From Chryseobacterium aquaticum (GTDB taxonomy: Bacteria; Bacteroidota; Bacteroidia; Flavobacteriales; Weeksellaceae): a stretch of 64,000 nt of DNA. Location: NCBI RefSeq assembly GCF_036677985.1, contig NZ_JAZDST010000012.1:86971-150970 (forward strand). The letters are read 5' to 3'. Position 1 is the stretch's first letter, and the number at the start of each line of letters is the position of its first letter. Under the pieces are notes generated by a model. That model did not search any database, was not told the origin of the DNA, and saw only the letters and a list, made by a program, of their open reading frames with translations. The position numbers and the translations under genes were made by a program. Positions 17,296 through 27,034 of this stretch are shown piece by piece.

Positions 17296-18960
17296 ATGAT
17301 CAAATCATTACTGCTCAGTTTTTTCACATTTTTATCTGTTTTACATCTTGCACAGACTTATGAAATTCAATACACAAGTTCTTATAATGGCAAAATACAG
17401 CCCAATCAAAACCCTGTCATTGTTTGGGTGAATGAAACTGAAAATTATATTTTAAATTCAAAAATAAAAGATCAGAAAAACGAATATCCCTTTGAGATCA
17501 GTAAAATAGAAAAACCTTCCAACACAATCATTTCATACGGATTTTTAAAATATGGGGAAATTATTTCAACTTCTGACGCCCAATCAATTGGAAAACAAAG
17601 TTTTGAATTTACAGATAAAACAAAGAAAATTTTAGGATATAATTGTAAACAGGCGGTTACAAAAATCAATTCAAACACCATTGAAATTTGGTATACCAAT
17701 GATCTTAAACTGAAAGGTGGACCATCTAGCCTCGGACAAAACTTAGGTTTGGTTTTAGAAATCGAGCGAAACGGAAATTCCGCAACTACCGCCACTTCTC
17801 TGAAAAAGATCAAAAAATCCGGTATTGAAAATATTATCAACAAGCCGACAACGACGACGGATCTTTTAAGCTACAAAGATTTGCTTTGGAAAAGCAGATT
17901 TACCAGTTTAAAAGTTTTTGAAAACGAAATCATCAATTTTTCTGATCAATCAAAGTCAGACGAAAATATCAAGCGATTTGCCAACGGAACTATTATTCTC
18001 AAAAAAATAAAGTTCCCGGAAATTTCACAAGGTGAAAATATTTTTATTGAATTAAAACAACAATCCAACGGCGATGCTTATGACAGAACAGGAACTGTAT
18101 TTTTTATTCCTGAAAACAAATCTCAATCTTTCTTTGACGGACTGGAAAAAGGAGTAAAAACTCTTCCTGCATACGAAAACGGGAACGGTAAACAATATTT
18201 TGGTGTTATTTCTACTGAAAATTACCAACCAACTGTAGAACTGATGAGATTTTTTACAGCATTCGGGATTAATAAATTCAATAATCTGGAACTGAAAGAT
18301 AAAACCTGGCAAATAGTGAGTCCGTTTCGTCAAGACGTTACAGAACTGAAACCTTCTCTTTCGGGAAAAGAAATCTGGGTAGGAACATTTATCGGGAATT
18401 ACGACAAAGGAGGTCATAAAGTAACTTTAGATATTACAATTCACAAAAGCGATCAAATTGTACATACCAACAAAAAGGTAATCCCACTTTTTAATACTAC
18501 AAATATTATGGAAATGGCTGGACAGGATTATGCAACAATGTTTGATAACGATAAAGGAATTCTGGTAGAATTTAATCTCGAAAAAGATCTTAAAAATGCA
18601 CAGTTAAGATATATTACAACCGGACATGGAGGTTGGGAAAACGGCGACGAATTTATCCCGAAAGAAAATTATATTTTTTTAGACGAGAAAAAGATCTTCT
18701 CTTTTACGCCTTGGAGAACAGATTGTGGTTCTTATCGACTTTACAATCCTGCTTCAGGAAATTTTCCGGACGGACTTTCTTCTTCAGATCTTAGTCGTTC
18801 AAATTGGTGTCCGGGAACAATTACCAATCCCAATTATATACAATTGGGTGATTTAAAAGCTGGAAAACATACTATTCAGGTGAAAATTCCTCAGGGAAAA
18901 CCGGAAGGAACAAGTTTCAGCGCATGGAATATTTCCGGTGTTTTATTAGGTTCAGAATAA
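17296..18960 (+). CDS. Peptide-N-glycosidase F family protein with N-terminal GLPGLI-like domain (PNGase F-II type)
   Basis: Signal peptide; KKILGYNCKQA...WYT..GP GLPGLI-like segment; DAYDRTG, TTGHGGW..GDEF and RSNWCPG motifs. Confidence 0.82.
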   Translation: MIKSLLLSFFTFLSVLHLAQTYEIQYTSSYNGKIQPNQNPVIVWVNETENYILNSKIKDQKNEYPFEISKIEKPSNTIISYGFLKYGEIISTSDAQSIGKQSFEFTDKTKKILGYNCKQAVTKINSNTIEIWYTNDLKLKGGPSSLGQNLGLVLEIERNGNSATTATSLKKIKKSGIENIINKPTTTTDLLSYKDLLWKSRFTSLKVFENEIINFSDQSKSDENIKRFANGTIILKKIKFPEISQGENIFIELKQQSNGDAYDRTGTVFFIPENKSQSFFDGLEKGVKTLPAYENGNGKQYFGVISTENYQPTVELMRFFTAFGINKFNNLELKDKTWQIVSPFRQDVTELKPSLSGKEIWVGTFIGNYDKGGHKVTLDITIHKSDQIVHTNKKVIPLFNTTNIMEMAGQDYATMFDNDKGILVEFNLEKDLKNAQLRYITTGHGGWENGDEFIPKENYIFLDEKKIFSFTPWRTDCGSYRLYNPASGNFPDGLSSSDLSRSNWCPGTITNPNYIQLGDLKAGKHTIQVKIPQGKPEGTSFSAWNISGVLLGSE

Positions 18961-19028
18961 AACAAAACCTCCTTGCAATATTATTACAAGGAGGTAAAAA
19001 CACAAATGATGAAAAAAAATTATTTCGA
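18961..19028 (-). ncRNA. Candidate U-rich small RNA
   Basis: Minus-strand terminator with no minus-strand gene nearby; TTTTTTTTCATCATTTGTGTTTTT precedes it; only an imperfect promoter (TTCCTTTG, 19033-19040). Confidence 0.4.
18964..18995 (-). terminator. Terminator hairpin with a U tract only on the minus strand
   Basis: ACCTCCTTG/CAAGGAGGT stem; followed by TTTTGTTTT on the minus strand but AAAAACAC on the plus strand. Confidence 0.7.
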
Positions 19029-19280
19029 GCAACAAAGGAATGAAAAATATTTGAATTATTAATTACCATAGATCAAGATTTATAAACTTTTTTTGATTTT
19101 GTAGGTTTTATGCACATAATTCACTTGTTAAAAATATCAATCTGAAACACGACAATCGCGGTAATTAAAATTAAATTTTAATTTATTTAAATCAATTTAA
19201 TGAAAAATATGAACTTTAAGTAAATTTTTGTTTTAAAATTTATCTATATTTATTATTTTTGCTTTTAAATAAAAAATAGA

Positions 19281-20948
19281 ATGTGTGGAATCGTATGCTT
19301 GTTTGATGCCAAACAACAAACTGAAATATTAAGACCTCAAGTCTTGGAAATGTCTAAAAAAATTCGTCATCGTGGTCCGGACTGGAGCGGAGTCTTTCAA
19401 AATGAAAATGTTTTGTTTTCCCATGAAAGACTTGCCATTGTAGATCCTACTTCCGGAAAGCAACCTTTATTTTCTAAAGACGGAAAAATTGTTTTAGCTG
19501 TAAATGGTGAAATTTACAATCATCAAGAACTGAAAAAAGAATTTCCAGACTATGAGTTTCAAACAAAATCTGACTGCGAAGTTATTTTAGCTCTTTACCA
19601 AAAATACGGGAAAGACTTTATTGAAAAACTCAACGGAATTTTTGCTTTTGCATTATATGATATTGAAAATAATATTTATCTGATTGCCCGTGATCACATG
19701 GGAATCTGCCCTCTGTATCAAGGTTGGGACAAAAACGGAAATTATTATATCGCCTCAGAACTGAAAGCTTTGGAAGGTGTGTGTAAAAAAATAGACAACT
19801 TTCTTCCCGGTCATTATGTATACAGTGTAGATGGAAGTGAACTTCAGCAGTGGTATAAAAGAGACTGGGAAAACTATGATGCGGTGAAAGATAATGTTAC
19901 CGACATTCAGGCAATCAGAAAAGGACTGGAAGATGCAGTTCACAGACAATTGATGAGCGACGTTCCTTACGGAGTTTTGCTTTCAGGAGGTTTAGATTCA
20001 TCTATAATTTCTGCAGTTACTGCAAAATATGCGAGACAGAGAATAGAAAGTGGCGATACTCAGGAAGCTTGGTATCCGAGATTACACAGTTTTGCGGTTG
20101 GTTTGGTAGGTTCTCCGGATTTGGCAGCAGCTAAAAAAGCGGCAGATCATATTGGTTCAGTTCACCATGAGGTTAATTTTACGGTTCAGGAAGGTCTGGA
20201 TGCAATTCGTGATGTCATCTACCATTTGGAAACTTACGATGTAACAACAATCAGAGCTTCTACACCAATGTATCTTCTGGCAAGAGTCATTAAGTCGATG
20301 GGAATAAAAATGGTGCTTTCCGGTGAAGGTGCAGACGAATTGTTTGGTGGATATTTATATTTCCATAAAGCTCCGAATGCTAAAGAATTTCATGATGAAA
20401 CGGTAAGAAAATTAGGTAAACTTCACCTTTATGATTGCTTGAGAGCCAACAAAGCTTTGATGAGTTGGGGAATTGAAGGAAGAGTTCCGTTTTTGGATAA
20501 AGAATTTATGGATGTTGCGATGACCGTAAATCCTCAGGATAAAATGATTAACAAAGCAGAAGGTAAAATTGAAAAATGGGTTTTACGAAAAGCTTTTGAA
20601 GATCTTTTACCGGAATCTATTGCCTGGAGACAGAAAGAACAGTTTTCAGACGGAGTTGGCTATTCCTGGATTGACACCTTAAAAGATGTTGCCGAAAAAT
20701 ATGTATCCGATGAAATGATGGCAAACGCAAAATTCAGATTCCCTTTGAATACGCCTCAAAACAAAGAAGAGTATCGTTACAGAACCATTTTTGAAGAACA
20801 TTTCCCAAGCGAAACTGCTGCTGCAACTGTACCTTCTGTACCTTCTGTAGCTTGCTCCACTCCTATCGCTTTAGAATGGGATGAAGCATTTAAGAAAATG
20901 AATGACCCGAGCGGAAGAGCTGTGAAAGTGCACGAAACTTCTTATTAA
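19281..20948 (+). CDS. asnB: Asparagine synthase B (glutamine-hydrolysing)
   Basis: MCGI N-terminus, HRGPDWSG, LLSGGLDSS, SGEGADELFGGY, RQKEQFSDGVG. Confidence 0.97.
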   Translation: MCGIVCLFDAKQQTEILRPQVLEMSKKIRHRGPDWSGVFQNENVLFSHERLAIVDPTSGKQPLFSKDGKIVLAVNGEIYNHQELKKEFPDYEFQTKSDCEVILALYQKYGKDFIEKLNGIFAFALYDIENNIYLIARDHMGICPLYQGWDKNGNYYIASELKALEGVCKKIDNFLPGHYVYSVDGSELQQWYKRDWENYDAVKDNVTDIQAIRKGLEDAVHRQLMSDVPYGVLLSGGLDSSIISAVTAKYARQRIESGDTQEAWYPRLHSFAVGLVGSPDLAAAKKAADHIGSVHHEVNFTVQEGLDAIRDVIYHLETYDVTTIRASTPMYLLARVIKSMGIKMVLSGEGADELFGGYLYFHKAPNAKEFHDETVRKLGKLHLYDCLRANKALMSWGIEGRVPFLDKEFMDVAMTVNPQDKMINKAEGKIEKWVLRKAFEDLLPESIAWRQKEQFSDGVGYSWIDTLKDVAEKYVSDEMMANAKFRFPLNTPQNKEEYRYRTIFEEHFPSETAAATVPSVPSVACSTPIALEWDEAFKKMNDPSGRAVKVHETSY

Positions 20949-21092
20949 AATATACAAATTTATCAATCCTGTATTCTTACAGGATTTTTTATTAGATAAA
21001 ATCAAGAATATTTGGATAATTTAACTAAGTATTAAACTTATTATCTAATAAATAATTATATTTGAAAAATTAAAAAAAATCTTTGCTGTAAC

Positions 21093-21905
21093 ATGAAAAG
21101 AAACATTACTATTTTATTTGCTTTACTATCTATAAGTTTTGCTTTTGGACAAGGTAAATATGGAAAATATCTTAATTCTAAAAAGCTGGCTCTTACTTAT
21201 AAAAGTGTAAAACCGGCTGAGAAAGATGATTACTATCAGCAATATTATTGGTTGGTAAAAGCTGAACAGTTAAAAACGTTTCCTCATCTAAAGGATATAA
21301 AGCCTGTAGTTCTTTATAATTTTGTAAAAAAAGTAAACCCGCAAAATCCTACTAAAAAACTGGATGACAGAGGAAAAGAATTGAGAAAAACAGCAGAATT
21401 ATCTCTAGATCAATACTTTAAAAATAAAAACTTCCAAAATAATCAGGTTTTACTGTACAATTTGGAAACTTATGTAGACCCTTCTCAAGGAGAATATTTC
21501 ACAAAGGTAGATGCAGAAAAGATAAAGGAATTGGTTCCAAAAGAATTTTTCGGTTTTGCTTCTTTAAACAAAAAAACAATGGAAGAAACCAACTATTATC
21601 TTTGGGTAGACAAGAAAAAAGACGAATTTAAAATTGTAGACATCGTTCCGAGTGAAAAAGATAAAAAATTCTATGCTTCTCTGAAACAGTATTTACCAAA
21701 ATACAAATTTGAAAGAAAGTATATGCCGACCGTAAAAAAAGGAACTAAAGCTGATAAAACAGATAAAGATTTCTTCTACATCATGCCATTCGAAAGAAAC
21801 GTAGACAACATTGAATACAAAACAGATGATTTTGAAACATTCACACTAAGCCAGATAAAAAGAGAAGGCGGAGAATGGATAGGAGTAGAAAAACCTAAAA
21901 AATAA
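21093..21905 (+). CDS. Hypothetical secreted protein
   Basis: Sec signal peptide, Lys-rich body, no recognised motif; terminator at 21911-21943. Confidence 0.65.
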   Translation: MKRNITILFALLSISFAFGQGKYGKYLNSKKLALTYKSVKPAEKDDYYQQYYWLVKAEQLKTFPHLKDIKPVVLYNFVKKVNPQNPTKKLDDRGKELRKTAELSLDQYFKNKNFQNNQVLLYNLETYVDPSQGEYFTKVDAEKIKELVPKEFFGFASLNKKTMEETNYYLWVDKKKDEFKIVDIVPSEKDKKFYASLKQYLPKYKFERKYMPTVKKGTKADKTDKDFFYIMPFERNVDNIEYKTDDFETFTLSQIKREGGEWIGVEKPKK

Positions 21906-21952
21906 GTTAGAAAGTCTTGTGAAATCTCACAAGACTTTTTTAATTTTATATA

Positions 21953-23359
21953 ATGCCTACAAAAACATCACCACGCCAAACCGTAAAAAAAGTTCTACCG
22001 CTCATTCTTGCCACTGCAATCTTTATGCAGATGTTAGATTCAACTATTCTCAACACTTCGCTACCTTCTATTGCAAGAGACTTAAACGAATCCCCGCTGA
22101 ATATGCAGAACGCCATCATCAGTTATGTTTTAACATTAGCTGTTTTTATGCCTGCAAGCGGATTTTTGGCCGACCGTTTCGGAACGAGGAGAATTTTTAT
22201 TTTTGCTTTGGTACTTTTCAGTGCAGGTTCGGTATTTTGTGCGCTTTCCCAAAATCTTACCCATTTGGTTATTTCGAGAGTAATTCAGGGAGTCGGCGGA
22301 AGTTTAATGACACCAGTCGGAAAACTTGCACTCATCAAAACATTTGAAAGAAACGAATTGCTGAAAGCAATGAATTTTGCAATTATTCCAGCTCTTATTG
22401 GTCCCGTTTTAGGTCCTTTAGTCGGAGGTTATATGGTAGATTACCTTTCGTGGCACTGGATTTTTCTGATCAATATTCCGATTGGATTATTAGGAATTAT
22501 TTTAGGCTTAAAATATATGCCCAATTACAATTCACGGGAAACAGATTTTGATCTCAAGGGATTTCTGATCTTTGCTGCAGCCTCTCTCCTGCTTTCTATT
22601 TCATTAGAACTTTTCGGAGATATGCAGAATATTACTCCTGTTTTGCTTATTTTTATTTTAGGATTTCTTTTTCTATACTATTATTATTATCATGCAAAAA
22701 GAGATGGCAATCCTATTTTTCCTTTAAATCTATTTCAGGTGCGTACATTTCGCGTAGGCATCGTTGGAAATCTTGCGACCAGATTAGGAATCAGCTCTGT
22801 TCCGCTATTACTTCCTCTAATGATTCAGATTGCGTACAACCAATCTGCCGTTACTTCGGGCTGGATTATTGCTCCGATGGCAATCACCGCAATGTTTGGG
22901 AAATCTTCTGTGCTTAAAATTTTAAATAAATACGGATATAAAAAGACCTTGATGGTGAATACATTTATTATCGGTGTATTAATTTGCAGTCTTGCCATTC
23001 CCAACATCAATTCTTCTTTGTTCTGGTTTGTTCCTATTATTGCTGTTTTAGGTTTTTTCAATTCGATACAGTTTACTTCAATGAATACGATTTCTATTGC
23101 AGATCTTAGAAATTTTCAGACCAGCAGCGGAAATTCTTTAATCTCAGTGAATCAACAGCTTGCGATAGGTTTCGGAATAGCTTTCGGTTTAATTGTTTTA
23201 AAAATCTATGAAAACAGCCCGGAACTCATCAAACATGAAACTCACAATGCTTTCCGGTATACATTTCTTACAGTAGGAATTTTAACTATTTTATCGAGTT
23301 TGGTTTTCAGAAGACTTCATGTTTTCGACGGAAAAAATATGAGATCATCTGAAGAATAA
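21953..23359 (+). CDS. DHA2 (EmrB/QacA-like) MFS transporter
   Basis: FMQMLDSTILNTSLP, GFLADRFGTRR motif A, GPVLGPLVGG, WHWIFLINIPIG. Confidence 0.9.
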   Translation: MPTKTSPRQTVKKVLPLILATAIFMQMLDSTILNTSLPSIARDLNESPLNMQNAIISYVLTLAVFMPASGFLADRFGTRRIFIFALVLFSAGSVFCALSQNLTHLVISRVIQGVGGSLMTPVGKLALIKTFERNELLKAMNFAIIPALIGPVLGPLVGGYMVDYLSWHWIFLINIPIGLLGIILGLKYMPNYNSRETDFDLKGFLIFAAASLLLSISLELFGDMQNITPVLLIFILGFLFLYYYYYHAKRDGNPIFPLNLFQVRTFRVGIVGNLATRLGISSVPLLLPLMIQIAYNQSAVTSGWIIAPMAITAMFGKSSVLKILNKYGYKKTLMVNTFIIGVLICSLAIPNINSSLFWFVPIIAVLGFFNSIQFTSMNTISIADLRNFQTSSGNSLISVNQQLAIGFGIAFGLIVLKIYENSPELIKHETHNAFRYTFLTVGILTILSSLVFRRLHVFDGKNMRSSEE

Positions 23360-23591
23360 ACTTGTCAGAAAAGTCAAAAGTCACTACTTACCACACATCA
23401 ACGTCATTTTATTTTCACTTTTTTAAGTTTGTTTAAAATTAAAAAAGAAAAATAATATTAACAATTGAGAGTTGGAAACAAGCTATATTCTTCATAAAAA
23501 GCATTGCAAACGGAATCATATAACCAAGAAAGCCAGAAGATTCCATTACGCTATCGTGACTGATAATCGAAATTAAAAAAAATAAAAAATT

Positions 23592-23909
23592 ATGAAACCA
23601 GAATTTGAAAACATACCATTAATAAAAAACGAAGAAAAAAAGCGATTTGAAATAGAATACAGTGGTCATTTTGCATTTATCGATTGTAAAGAGATGAGCC
23701 GTCAAATCGCTTTAATTCACACAGAAGCCGAACCTGAACTTGCAGGAACCGGAGCTGCCGCTGCTGTTGTAGAAAAAACGTTGATGTATATAGAAAACAG
23801 CGGTAAAAAACTGCTTCCATTTTGTCCTTATGTGTTTGCATTCATTAAGAAACACCCAGAATGGAAACGTATTGTTGATGAAAAATTTGAAGGATACAAC
23901 CAACTTTAA
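23592..23909 (+). CDS. Small GNAT N-acetyltransferase (YjdJ-like)
   Basis: IHTEAEPELAGTG and LPFCPYV motifs. Confidence 0.8.
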   Translation: MKPEFENIPLIKNEEKKRFEIEYSGHFAFIDCKEMSRQIALIHTEAEPELAGTGAAAAVVEKTLMYIENSGKKLLPFCPYVFAFIKKHPEWKRIVDEKFEGYNQL

Positions 23910-23985
23910 TTTTCATTAAAGCACAACAGTAACAGTTATTTTTAATTAAATTAGCAAACAGCAAAAACTAAAAATCACAAACGTC

Positions 23986-24888
23986 ATGTCAAATATCGGA
24001 CTCATATTAGAAGAAAAATCAGCAGATATCGGGAACTTTTTAGTAGGAAGACTTTTACCTTTCCGTGAAAAAAGAGCAGTAGGACCTTTCGTATTTATCG
24101 ATCACATGGGACCTGCAGAATTGAAAGACTATCAAAACATGGACGTTCCGCCTCATCCGCACATCGGGCTTTCTACGTTAACCTATCTTTTGGAAGGTTC
24201 TATCTTTCACAGAGACAGCATCGGAAGTGCTTTAGAAATAAAACCAGGCGCAGTCAATTGGATGACGGCAGGAAAAGGCGTGGTACATTCTGAGAGAACA
24301 CCAGAATATTTAAGGCAAACCGACAAGAAACTTCATGGATTTCAGATATGGGTAGGATTGCCAAAACATCTGGAGCAGAGTGAGCCTTCTTTTCATCATA
24401 TTGAAGCAGACGAACTTCCGGTTTGGGAAGAAAACGGAATTCAGTATAAATTAATTGCAGGCGAAGCTTTTGGTAAAAAATCTCCGGTTCCTGTTCACAG
24501 CAAACTGTTTTTTATTGAAATTAAAACGAAAGACATTCAGAAAATAAGTATCGGAAGTCATCTTTACGGTGAAGTGGCGATGTATGTTCTAGACGGAACG
24601 GTAAACATTGAAGGAAACCATTACGGATCTAAACAGTTATTGATTGCCAAAAATGCACAACTTTGCGAATTTGAGATGAGCGAAAACGCAACCGTTTATC
24701 TTTTCGGTGGCGAACCATTTGAAGAGGAACGGTTTATATTCTGGAATTTTGTAAATTCAGACAAAGAAATGATTGATCAGGCGAAAGTAAACTGGCATGA
24801 TCAGAATCATGAAGCTTTTCCTTTGGTTCCGGGAGATGAAGATGATTTTGTACCGCTTCCAAAATCAATTTTAAACAGAAAACCATAA
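23986..24888 (+). CDS. Pirin family protein
   Basis: GPFVFIDH, PHPHIGL, NWMTAGKGVVHSE, FQIWV. Confidence 0.93.
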   Translation: MSNIGLILEEKSADIGNFLVGRLLPFREKRAVGPFVFIDHMGPAELKDYQNMDVPPHPHIGLSTLTYLLEGSIFHRDSIGSALEIKPGAVNWMTAGKGVVHSERTPEYLRQTDKKLHGFQIWVGLPKHLEQSEPSFHHIEADELPVWEENGIQYKLIAGEAFGKKSPVPVHSKLFFIEIKTKDIQKISIGSHLYGEVAMYVLDGTVNIEGNHYGSKQLLIAKNAQLCEFEMSENATVYLFGGEPFEEERFIFWNFVNSDKEMIDQAKVNWHDQNHEAFPLVPGDEDDFVPLPKSILNRKP

Positions 24889-24906
24889 TTAATTTTTTAA
24901 TAATAC

Positions 24907-25443
24907 ATGATGAAAATATTAGCATTTGCCGGGAGTACGTCTTCCACCTCCATCAATAAAGAATTGGTGAAATTTGTTCTAAAAAGTTTTCAAAAAGATG
25001 AAATTAATCTGATTGATCTTAATGATTTTTCGATGCCCGTTTTCTCTGTCGATCTCGAAAAAAAAGGATTTCCGGATGAAGCACACAATTTTCTGAAACA
25101 AATTGAAGAATGCGACACCATTATTTGCTCTTTGGCAGAACACAACAGATCGTACAGCGCAGCATTCAAAAATATTTTTGACTGGGCTTCGAGAATTAAC
25201 GTAAAGGTTTTTCAAGACAAACCGATGTTTTTGATGAGCACTTCTCCCGGAGGATTTGGTGGCGGAAATGTGATGAATACAGCAAAAACGTTTTTCCCTC
25301 AGTTTGGTGCAGACATAAAAGAAACTTTCTCGTTGTCTAAATTTTATGAAAACTTCGACTTGGAAAGTGGTGTTATTAATCCTGAAATATTGAAAGATCT
25401 GAACAGTAAAATCGAGAATTTTAAAAATCAGATTAAAAAGTAA
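24907..25443 (+). CDS. NADPH-dependent FMN reductase
   Basis: AFAGSTSSTSINK, EHNRSYSAAFKNIFDW, STSPGGFGG. Confidence 0.88.
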   Translation: MMKILAFAGSTSSTSINKELVKFVLKSFQKDEINLIDLNDFSMPVFSVDLEKKGFPDEAHNFLKQIEECDTIICSLAEHNRSYSAAFKNIFDWASRINVKVFQDKPMFLMSTSPGGFGGGNVMNTAKTFFPQFGADIKETFSLSKFYENFDLESGVINPEILKDLNSKIENFKNQIKK

Positions 25444-26021
25444 TGAGCAAAGGAAGACTGGAAGCTTTCAGTGATGGTGTCTTGGCTATCATCATTACCA
25501 TCATGGTTCTTGAATTAAAAGTACCGGAAGGAAGCAATTGGCAGAGCCTGAAAACTCTTATTCCAAAATTTTTAGCTTACATTTTTAGTTTTATCTATCT
25601 CGGAATCTATTGGAATAACCATCATCATTTGTTTCAGGCAGTAAAAAGAGTAAACGGAAAAATTCTGTGGGCGAATCTTCATTTATTATTCTGGCTTTCG
25701 CTCATGCCTTTTGCCACACAGTGGATTGGCGAAACACACTTCGCAAAAAATCCTGCTGCAGCTTATGGTATTGTATTGATGATGTGCGCAATCGCTTATC
25801 TTATTCTCGAAAATTTAATTCTAAAAAGCGAAGGTGAAGATTCAAAATTAAAGGAAGCAATTAATTACAAGTTCAAAGAATATTTCTCAATTGCATCTTA
25901 CACATTGGGTTTAGCGACATCGTTTTTTTATCCTTATCTTGCCATAGGTTTCTATTATTTGGTTGCCTTAGTGTGGCTTATTCCCGACAAAAGAATTGAA
26001 AAATTATTAAATAAAGACTAA
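25443..26021 (+). CDS. TMEM175 family protein (K+ channel-like)
   Basis: RLEAFSDGVLAIIITIMVLEL signature, WNNHH, NLHLLFWLSLMPF. Confidence 0.9.
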   Translation: MSKGRLEAFSDGVLAIIITIMVLELKVPEGSNWQSLKTLIPKFLAYIFSFIYLGIYWNNHHHLFQAVKRVNGKILWANLHLLFWLSLMPFATQWIGETHFAKNPAAAYGIVLMMCAIAYLILENLILKSEGEDSKLKEAINYKFKEYFSIASYTLGLATSFFYPYLAIGFYYLVALVWLIPDKRIEKLLNKD

Positions 26022-26022
26022 T

Positions 26023-26241
26023 ATGGAAACCCATGAATATACCAACGGTGAGATAATCGTCATTTGGCAACCCAAAAAATGCATTCACGCTGCAATTTGT
26101 GTAAAAAGTCTTCCGCAGGTTTACAATCCGAAAGAAAAACCCTGGCTGAAACCGGAAAACGCAACATCAGCAGAATTAAAGAACCAGATCGATCTTTGTC
26201 CTTCAGGAGCATTAAGTTATCAATTCAACACGAAAAAATAA
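26023..26241 (+). CDS. Divergent 4Fe-4S mono-cluster protein (YjdI-like)
   Basis: CIHAAICV...PW...CPSGAL. Confidence 0.85.
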   Translation: METHEYTNGEIIVIWQPKKCIHAAICVKSLPQVYNPKEKPWLKPENATSAELKNQIDLCPSGALSYQFNTKK

Positions 26242-26639
26242 TGGCAGTAACAGTAAAAGCAAGTTTAGGCAAAACGAAATATTACACAGAAGTAATTGCC
26301 GGAGAAAATCAACTGATTACAGATGAACCAGTCGATAAAGGCGGACAAAATAAAGGTTTTAATCCATTTGAAATCTTGGCAACTTCTTTAGCAAGCTGTA
26401 CTGCAGCAACGCTGAGAATGTATATCGACAGAAAAGAATGGGATGTAGAAAAAATAGATGTGGAGGTAGAATTGGAAAATTTTCCACTAACAAAATTGGC
26501 AGTTTTTAAAAGAAACATTAGTTTTGAAGGAGACGGTTTAAGCGAAGAGCAAATGAAAAGGCTTCATGCGATTGCAGACGCTTGTCCGGTACACAAAATT
26601 TTAACCAACGAAATAGAAATTCAAACCAAATTTTCATAA
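26241..26639 (+). CDS. OsmC family protein
   Basis: DEPVDKGG, PFEILATSLASCT, ADACPVHK; start re-set to MAVTVK at 26241 (TAATG overlap). Confidence 0.88.
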   Translation: MAVTVKASLGKTKYYTEVIAGENQLITDEPVDKGGQNKGFNPFEILATSLASCTAATLRMYIDRKEWDVEKIDVEVELENFPLTKLAVFKRNISFEGDGLSEEQMKRLHAIADACPVHKILTNEIEIQTKFS

Positions 26640-26640
26640 A

Positions 26641-26922
26641 ATGATAGAGGTAAAACAAAACAACGACGAAAAACACGGAAGCTTTGAAGCTTCAATTGAC
26701 GGAAAAAAAGCAGGTTTAATGACTTACACTTGGGCGGGAGAAGAGCGATTCATCATCGATCATACAGAAGTGGAAGAAGAATTCAACGGACAAGGTGTCG
26801 GAAAAGAAATGCTGGTAAAAGCGGTAGAATTTGCAAGAGAAAACAACAAAAAAATAATACCTCTTTGCCCGTTTGCAAAAGCTACTTTCCAGAAAAACGA
26901 AGATTTGCAGGACGTTTTGTAG
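26641..26922 (+). CDS. Small GNAT N-acetyltransferase (YjdJ-like)
   Basis: IIDHTEV, GQGVGK, IPLCPFA; terminator at 26951-26983. Confidence 0.85.
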   Translation: MIEVKQNNDEKHGSFEASIDGKKAGLMTYTWAGEERFIIDHTEVEEEFNGQGVGKEMLVKAVEFARENNKKIIPLCPFAKATFQKNEDLQDVL

Positions 26923-27034
26923 CATTGTAATCAGAATTAAAAAAATGATCAACCTTTCAGAATATTTCTCTGAAAGGTTTTTTCTTTTTAGTAGAAACGA
27001 AAAAACTATATTTGCTAAAATTTAATATTTCAGA

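Noticed and set aside
23500-23560. Cobalamin riboswitch suggested by AAGCCAGAAGATTCC
   Set aside because: The rest of the core (GGGAA...CCCGC...GCCAC elements) is missing and downstream genes are unrelated
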